From positions 1-12,219 of the forward strand of contig CAZBZN010000016.1 in the NCBI GenBank assembly GCA_964496415.1: a DNA stretch of 12,219 bases. Reading direction: 5' to 3'. Both the position numbers and the translations under genes were made by a program. How positions within the stretch are numbered: the stretch's first letter is position 1; every line of letters begins with the position of its first letter. Under the pieces are notes generated by a model. It saw only the letters and a program-made list of their open reading frames with translations, was not told the DNA's origin and made no database searches. Source of the DNA: Candidatus Micrarchaeota archaeon (lineage in GTDB: Archaea > B1Sed10-29 > JAJRYS01). Below, one piece after another: positions 7,094-12,219 of the stretch.

Positions 7094-7765
7094 TCACTTT
7101 CCAAAATTTCTTTTTGAGGAACTGTAAAATTCTATTGCTTTTTCAAAGTCTTGCCTTGAGAATTCAGGCCAAAGTTTTTTGGAGAAGAAAAGCTCGCTGT
7201 AAGCGCTTTGCCACAGTAAGTATCCTGAAAGCCGCTGGTATCCTCCTGTTCTTATTATCAAGTCAGGGCTTTTTTTAACATAAAGGTTTTCAGTAATGTC
7301 TTGTTCTGTTATTTCGTGAACTGGTTTTTTTGAAACTGCTTGCTTGAAGGCTGTTAGAAGTTCTTCTTTCCCACCATAACCCAACGCAATGTTTAGAACA
7401 AAAGAAGAATAATCTTTAGTCGCTGTTTTAATTTTTTTTATTTCCTTAGAAAACTTTGACAAGTACTCTTTCATTCCTATTATCCTTACTTTTACTTTAT
7501 TCCTATGTACTTTTTCATTTTCAGCAAGTTCTGACAAGTGCTTTGAAAAAAGCCTTTCAAGTAAAGATAATTCTTCTTTAGGCCTTTTTAGGTTTTCAGT
7601 GGAAAAAGCCCACATCGTCACTTCTTTTATTCCTTTTTCAAGGCACCAGTCTAAGAACTCTTCAGCTTTACTAAAACCTTTCTCATATGCTTCTAAAAGG
7701 CTAAGGTTTGACTTTTTAGCATATCTTCTGTTTCCATCTGGGATAACTGCTATGGATTCAAGCAT
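7094..7765 (-). CDS. uppS: cis-prenyltransferase (undecaprenyl/polyprenyl diphosphate synthase)
   Basis: IPDGNRRYA, WAFSTENLKRP, LNIALGYGG, PDLIIRTGGYQRLSGYLLWQSAYSEL, LWPEF and C-terminal RNFGK. Confidence 0.96.
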   Translation of the reverse strand: MLESIAVIPDGNRRYAKKSNLSLLEAYEKGFSKAEEFLDWCLEKGIKEVTMWAFSTENLKRPKEELSLLERLFSKHLSELAENEKVHRNKVKVRIIGMKEYLSKFSKEIKKIKTATKDYSSFVLNIALGYGGKEELLTAFKQAVSKKPVHEITEQDITENLYVKKSPDLIIRTGGYQRLSGYLLWQSAYSELFFSKKLWPEFSRQDFEKAIEFYSSSKRNFGK

Positions 7766-7836
7766 ACTATCACTTAGAAAAATTATTAAACCTATAGTGT
7801 TTATGTCTTAATAGCTTAAAAAACTAAGTGATTAGC
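7766..7836. promoter_or_regulatory. Divergent promoter region between uppS-mre11 and the pilus operon
   Basis: GAAAAA plus TTATTAAA at 7777-7790 (+); TTTTAAGC on - at 7821-7814; mirrored SD-like CTAAGTGAT at 7824-7832 (+) and 7777-7769 (-). Confidence 0.55.
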
Positions 7837-8415
7837 ATGAAAGGAGTGTCTCCAATAATATCATACGTGTTAGTAATCACTATCGTGCTTTTGACTACTA
7901 TGGCTGCTTATACTTGGGCTTTGCCTTTGTCAAGAGAACTAGGAGAACCTGGAAAAGTAAGCAATTACAGGAATCAGATGATTGGGCTTGATTATGTTAT
8001 TCGTTCAACTGCTCATGGGGATTACAATTTCACTACAGAGTATGAGATGAGGGTTCCTGAAGCGACTTTAAGAATAGACCCTGACAAAGACTCTGTTTAC
8101 TTGTCTTTTGTCCAGAAGACAGGGGTAATAGGAAGGCCTAACACTACTGGAACAACTACTTGTAATGAAACCACTTGGTTCTTTTACGATAATCTGACGA
8201 AAGTGCCTATGTACAGATTGAATAATTACTCCAGAGTGTTTGAAGGAGCTGCTGGATACTCTCAGGCTGTTGCTGAGTTTGCTTTGTGCTATGCTGACAT
8301 TGACCTTGTCTGGGGCGGTGAGTGTATTAAAGGAAAGCCTGCAAGTGAAGTAGTAGTTAGGGTTAAAAAAATAGGGTTTACTGACAAGCCAGTAGTATCA
8401 ATAGACTTATGCTGA
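7837..8415 (+). CDS. Archaeal type IV pilin-like protein with class III signal peptide
   Basis: MKG|VSPIISYVLVITIVLLTTMAAYTW fits a PibD/ArlK cleavage site followed by a hydrophobic helix. Start moved to ATG 7837 because GTG 7828 lies inside the SD-like AAGTGAT. It has four Cys and sequons NFT, NTT, NET, NLT, NYS. Confidence 0.8.
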   Translation: MKGVSPIISYVLVITIVLLTTMAAYTWALPLSRELGEPGKVSNYRNQMIGLDYVIRSTAHGDYNFTTEYEMRVPEATLRIDPDKDSVYLSFVQKTGVIGRPNTTGTTTCNETTWFFYDNLTKVPMYRLNNYSRVFEGAAGYSQAVAEFALCYADIDLVWGGECIKGKPASEVVVRVKKIGFTDKPVVSIDLC

Positions 8416-8421
8416 TTGCCT

Positions 8422-8862
8422 ATGCCTGCAAGTATTTCATTCGTGATGAAGACAAGCATCTTGCTTAGCTTACTTGTAAGTGTTTATTTTACTGTTAATT
8501 CTGAAATGGATGCTGCTAGGAAGACAAAGTATCAAATAGAATTAAATGATATTGCGAAATATGTTGAAGGGAAACTACTTAGAGGATTAAAAGAAGTTAA
8601 TTCTTTTAACTCAAACTCTTCACAAGTGTTAATGCTTCCTCATACTGACTTTTTTTATAATGTGTCTTTAACTTGCAACGAGTTTCTTGAAATAAGAGTA
8701 ACTTCCCAGCTTGATAGGAAGAGTATTATAAAAGAATTTCTTAATTGTAGTATGATTGAAGCTAATGGTTCAGTGGTTGAAGGTGAAAAATGCTTGAAAG
8801 TTGAAAAACTTAATGAGACTTACTTAAGAATAAGCCTGGTGAACAAGTGTGAAACTCAATAA
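8422..8862 (+). CDS. Pilin-like/pilus accessory membrane-anchored protein
   Basis: N-terminal hydrophobic helix, then an amphipathic helix (IELNDIAKYVEGKL) and a beta-rich C-terminus with 4 Cys and 5 sequons. It lies between the pilin and the ATPase. ATG 8422 is preferred over TTG 8416. Confidence 0.55.
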   Translation: MPASISFVMKTSILLSLLVSVYFTVNSEMDAARKTKYQIELNDIAKYVEGKLLRGLKEVNSFNSNSSQVLMLPHTDFFYNVSLTCNEFLEIRVTSQLDRKSIIKEFLNCSMIEANGSVVEGEKCLKVEKLNETYLRISLVNKCETQ

Positions 8863-10843
8863 GCTTAAGATAAAAAGAATGCTGTTGAAAGCAGCTAAAA
8901 AACTAAAAACTGAAAAAAAGCTTGAAGAAGGAATTTCAAAAATAGGGGAAGAAGTTTTTCCTGTTAGAAAAGAAGAGCCGTCAAGAATAGTAAAAGCTGG
9001 AAAAGTAGAATTGAAAGCTGAAAAAGTGGAATTACCTGCAAAAGTGCTTAAAGTTGACGAACTAAAAGTTAAAAAAACAACAACAGAGAAAACTAAAAAA
9101 CCACAGTCTTATGATGTTGAAGAAAACGTCTCAGAAGCTCCTATTAAAATAAAAATAACTACTAAAGGAAAAACTCAGCCAATCATTTTTGAGTTTCCAA
9201 AAATAACTGAAGAGTTAAAAGGAAAAGGAGTACTATCAATCCAAAGGCTTGATGAAGAAGGCAAAGTTAGAGGAGCTCCTTTATCAATTCATAAAATCCC
9301 TAAAGAAGCAATCACTAAAAAGATTTCAAGTGAATGGGAACCTATTTCTCTTGAAAAAATCAACGTAAGGTATCCTCTCATTGAGCCTTATGCTTATGCT
9401 GTGATAAAATGGAATCCAAAAATAGGAGCCTTAACCTACACTGTAATAGAGCCTCCTTTAACTAAGAAAGAAAAACAAGCCTTAGACAGGCTTAAAGACT
9501 TAATAATAGACTTGTTGGACATCAACTTAATGGACGTAAAAAACATTAAAGAAGTTCAAGAATACTTAAAGAAAAAAATAGACCAACTGATAAGTGATTA
9601 TGAAATTACCTTAACTGACGTGGAGTATAATAAAATTCTTTATTACTTGTACCGTGACTTCTTAGGGCTTGAAAGAATAGAACCATTAATGCATGACCCT
9701 GACATTGAAGACATAAGCTGTGACGGAGCAAACATCCCAATCTACGTCTTTCATAGAAAATACGGGTCACTTAGGACAAACATAATATTTGAAGACAATG
9801 ACGAGTTAAACAGGTTCATTTCAAAGCTCGCTCAAAGATGCGGGAAGCATATTTCAGTCGCAGAACCACTGCTTGATGGGGCTTTGCCTGATGGCTCAAG
9901 GCTTCAGGCTACTTTTTCAGCAGGAGGAGACATCGCCTTAAGGGGTTCAACGTTCACTATAAGAAAGTTCACTAAAGACCCTCTGACAATAGTTGACTTC
10001 ATGAGATTTGGAACAATCCCATCACTGATAGCTGCTTATTTGTGGATGATAATAGAATACCGTAAGTCAATTCTCATTGCTGGAGGAACAGCTACTGGAA
10101 AAACCAGCGCCTTAAACGCGTTATCCTTGTTCATCCCACCAGAAGCTAAGATAGTATCAATTGAAGACACTCCTGAGCTAAGGCTTCCTCATGAGCATTG
10201 GATAGCAAAAATAGCAAGACCAGGGTACGGTCCTGAAACAGAAGGAAGAAGAAAAGGAGAAATAAGCATGTTTGACTTGCTTAAAGCTGCTTTAAGGGAA
10301 AGGCCAGACGTCATAGTAGTAGGAGAAGTAAGAGGACAAGAAGCTTATGTGTTATTCCAAGGAATGGCTACTGGTCATGCTGGAATGGCTACTATTCACG
10401 CTGAGTCAGTAGAAGCAGTAATTAACAGGCTTAAAACTCCTCCAATAAGTCTTTCACCTGGATTACTTCAGCACTTGGACATAATAATCATAATGGGTTT
10501 CTCAAGAATCAAAGGAATTGACGTGAGAAGAGTAAAAGAAGTAGTTGAGATTGTCGGAGTTGACATTGAAACAGGAAGACCTATAACCAACCAATTGTTT
10601 AAATGGGTTCCTTCAGGGGATTACTTTGAATTTGCTTCAGACAGGAGTTACGTGTTAAATGAAATAATTGAAGAAAAAGGAATTCCTGAAGAAAGCGTGT
10701 GGGAAGAAATAAGAAGAAGACAATTAGTGCTTGAATGGATGAAAAAAGAAAACATAAGATACTACAAGGATGTTGGAAGAATAATAGCTACTTATTACAA
10801 GAACCCTGAAGAAATCCTGAGGAGAATCCGCGGTGGTGAATGA
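8849..10843 (+). CDS. Type II/IV secretion system ATPase (archaeal pilus assembly ATPase, ArlI/TadA/VirB11 family)
   Basis: DPDIEDISCDG, GSRLQAT, STFTIRKF, Walker A GGTATGKT, Asp box SIEDTPE, ALRERPDVIVVGEVRG, His box TGHAGMATIHA. SD GGTGA at 8838-8842 lies 6 nt before GTG 8849. Confidence 0.95.
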   Translation: MKLNKLKIKRMLLKAAKKLKTEKKLEEGISKIGEEVFPVRKEEPSRIVKAGKVELKAEKVELPAKVLKVDELKVKKTTTEKTKKPQSYDVEENVSEAPIKIKITTKGKTQPIIFEFPKITEELKGKGVLSIQRLDEEGKVRGAPLSIHKIPKEAITKKISSEWEPISLEKINVRYPLIEPYAYAVIKWNPKIGALTYTVIEPPLTKKEKQALDRLKDLIIDLLDINLMDVKNIKEVQEYLKKKIDQLISDYEITLTDVEYNKILYYLYRDFLGLERIEPLMHDPDIEDISCDGANIPIYVFHRKYGSLRTNIIFEDNDELNRFISKLAQRCGKHISVAEPLLDGALPDGSRLQATFSAGGDIALRGSTFTIRKFTKDPLTIVDFMRFGTIPSLIAAYLWMIIEYRKSILIAGGTATGKTSALNALSLFIPPEAKIVSIEDTPELRLPHEHWIAKIARPGYGPETEGRRKGEISMFDLLKAALRERPDVIVVGEVRGQEAYVLFQGMATGHAGMATIHAESVEAVINRLKTPPISLSPGLLQHLDIIIIMGFSRIKGIDVRRVKEVVEIVGVDIETGRPITNQLFKWVPSGDYFEFASDRSYVLNEIIEEKGIPEESVWEEIRRRQLVLEWMKKENIRYYKDVGRIIATYYKNPEEILRRIRGGE

Positions 10844-11739
10844 TGCAGCTTCCTTTATTCAGCAGGCCTTACAGGCTTCTTTCTTATAAAGTAATCTCAA
10901 GAATCAAGCTTGCAAGACTACTGCTTCCTTACTTTGAACCATTAAAACCTTTTCTTAGAAGAGCAAACTTGATAATGACTTTAGAAGAATATGTTTCAAC
11001 AGCTCTGTTCACAATCCTAATAACTGCTCCTTTTTTATTCATTGCGTTAAGAATGATCTTCATCAACGTGTATTTTTTCATACCCCTCGTAGCTAACCTG
11101 CTTTCCTTAATAGGCGTCTTCATTTACTCTGCAGTAATAATAGCTTTTTTCTTAATATACCCATCTTATAAAGTTGATAATATAAAAAGGAATATTGAAT
11201 TAAACTTACCTTATGCCACTACTCATATGGCTACTATCGCAGGAACAGGAGTTCCAGTATACTTGGTGTTTAGGATAATAGGAAGCTTTCCAGAATATGG
11301 AGAGCTAAGCAAGGAATGTAGGAAGATTTCAAGAAACATTGAAGTATTTGGTTATGACACAATAACTGCATTGTCAGAAGCAGCTGCAACTACTCCTTCT
11401 CCAAGTTTTAAGGACTTACTTTGGGGTATTGTTTCAGTGATTAGAACAGGAGGAGACTTAAGAAATTATTTCATGGGAAAAGCAAGAATCTACATGGAAA
11501 ACCAGAAAAACCTTGAGTCAGAGTACATTGACACTCTTGAAATAATGGCTGAAATGTACACTACTTTATTCGTGGCAGGGCCAGTGGTATTTATTATAAT
11601 GATGACTATCATGGGAAGTATTGGTTCACTTCCAATAGACTTGGGATTGCTCTTCACCTTGTTCATTTATGTGATAATGCCTTTTATGGCAGTTGCTTTT
11701 ATGGTATTAATTGAAACTTCAAAACCAGTAGGTGCTTGA
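10840..11739 (+). CDS. Type IV pilus platform membrane protein (T2SS F / TadC / ArlJ-like)
   Basis: IELNLPYATTHMATIAGTG, YGELSKE, FGYDTITAL, TTPSPSFKDLLWGI and TGGDL, with flanking TM helices. SD GGTGGTGA at 10832-10839; the start may be ATG 10843. Confidence 0.9.
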   Translation: MMQLPLFSRPYRLLSYKVISRIKLARLLLPYFEPLKPFLRRANLIMTLEEYVSTALFTILITAPFLFIALRMIFINVYFFIPLVANLLSLIGVFIYSAVIIAFFLIYPSYKVDNIKRNIELNLPYATTHMATIAGTGVPVYLVFRIIGSFPEYGELSKECRKISRNIEVFGYDTITALSEAAATTPSPSFKDLLWGIVSVIRTGGDLRNYFMGKARIYMENQKNLESEYIDTLEIMAEMYTTLFVAGPVVFIIMMTIMGSIGSLPIDLGLLFTLFIYVIMPFMAVAFMVLIETSKPVGA

Positions 11740-11740
11740 A

Positions 11741-12219
11741 ATGAAAGAAAAAGAAAAAATAATAATATTAATAAGCTTGATAGGTGGAATCATTACAGTA
11801 CTTGCTGCTTTATTCTTAAGAGGAACTGTTTACTTTCAAACAGCCATAATCATAGGATTAGGTATAACTGCATTACCCTTTATCATAAACCAATACTTAA
11901 TCTATAAGTGGTCTAAAGAAATAGAAGAATACTTACCTGACTTTTTAAGAGACGTCGCAGAATCAACTCGTTCAGGAATGCCTTTAACAAAAGCAATTGA
12001 AACAGCTTCTGAAGGCGCTTACGGTGCTTTATCAAAAGAAATGAAAAAAGTCTCTGCGCAGCTTTCTTGGGGAGTGCCTTTTGAAGAAGCTTTGATGAGG
12101 TTTGCTAAAAGAATAAAAAGCAAACTTGCAAGACAAGCGGTCCTGATTATAATTGAAAGCCATAAATCAGGTGGAGAAATAGCAGACGTGCTTGAAACTG
12201 TTTCAACAGACATAAAAAC
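11741..12219 (+). CDS. Second type IV pilus platform membrane protein (T2SS F / TadB-TadC-like), 3'-partial
   Basis: Absent from the ORF track because there is no stop in the window. Hand translation: MKEKEKIIILISLIGG...IEEYLPDFLRDVAESTRSGMPLTKAI...YGALSKEMKKVSAQLSWGVPFEEAL...SGGEIADVLETVSTDIK. AGGTG at 11730-11734. Confidence 0.92.
   Translation, partial: MKEKEKIIILISLIGGIITVLAALFLRGTVYFQTAIIIGLGITALPFIINQYLIYKWSKEIEEYLPDFLRDVAESTRSGMPLTKAIETASEGAYGALSKEMKKVSAQLSWGVPFEEALMRFAKRIKSKLARQAVLIIIESHKSGGEIADVLETVSTDIK

Noticed and set aside
7090..7104. ORF-track starts at 27, 7104, 7828 and 8416
   Set aside because: Family N-termini and SD placement favour a start upstream of the window, 7089, 7837 and 8422 respectively.
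6095..7811. + strand short ORFs over mre11 and uppS
   Set aside because: Antisense shadows of conserved genes with no independent support.
10929..12213. - strand ORFs 10929-11123 and 12019-12213
   Set aside because: Shadows of the two platform genes; the real last gene is 11741 to beyond 12219 on +.
7837..12219. Archaellum (motility) operon
   Set aside because: No archaellin-type N-terminus and no ArlH/F/G genes are visible, and the platform is split into two genes. This fits a pilus better.
1..12219. tRNA, rRNA, structured ncRNA or programmed frameshifts at poly-A runs
   Set aside because: Intergenic gaps are at most about 71 bp and AT-rich with no GC-rich stems seen, and all main ORFs are intact through the A-runs, which reflect Lys codons.

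Overview
A gene-dense, AT-rich archaeal chromosomal segment; DPANN-like origin is inferred from the compaction and gene set, not proven. It holds 11 coding regions. In order: a 5'-truncated ADP-forming acyl-CoA synthetase alpha subunit; a short stand-alone DUF460-type RNase H-fold protein (- strand); a three-gene ABC-2-type exporter; a 525-aa secreted, sequon-rich beta-propeller/FN3 surface protein ending in PEP-TM-basic; a - strand uppS-mre11 pair; and, divergent from uppS, a type IV pilus operon. That operon has one class III signal pilin, one apparently leaderless pilin-like protein, a secretion ATPase with a ~170-aa Lys/Glu-rich N-terminal extension, and two TadB/TadC-like platform proteins. 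The second platform gene runs off the window and is missing from the ORF track. I saw no RNA genes, CRISPR arrays or mobile elements. The most interesting points are a PEP-CTERM-like sorting signal, sequons built into the propeller repeat, an Mre11 with GTHE instead of GNHD plus an insertion and no adjacent rad50, two interdigitated divergent promoter regions, and a possible glycosylated attachment and nucleic-acid scavenging neighbourhood. All family calls come from motif recognition by eye; no searches were run.
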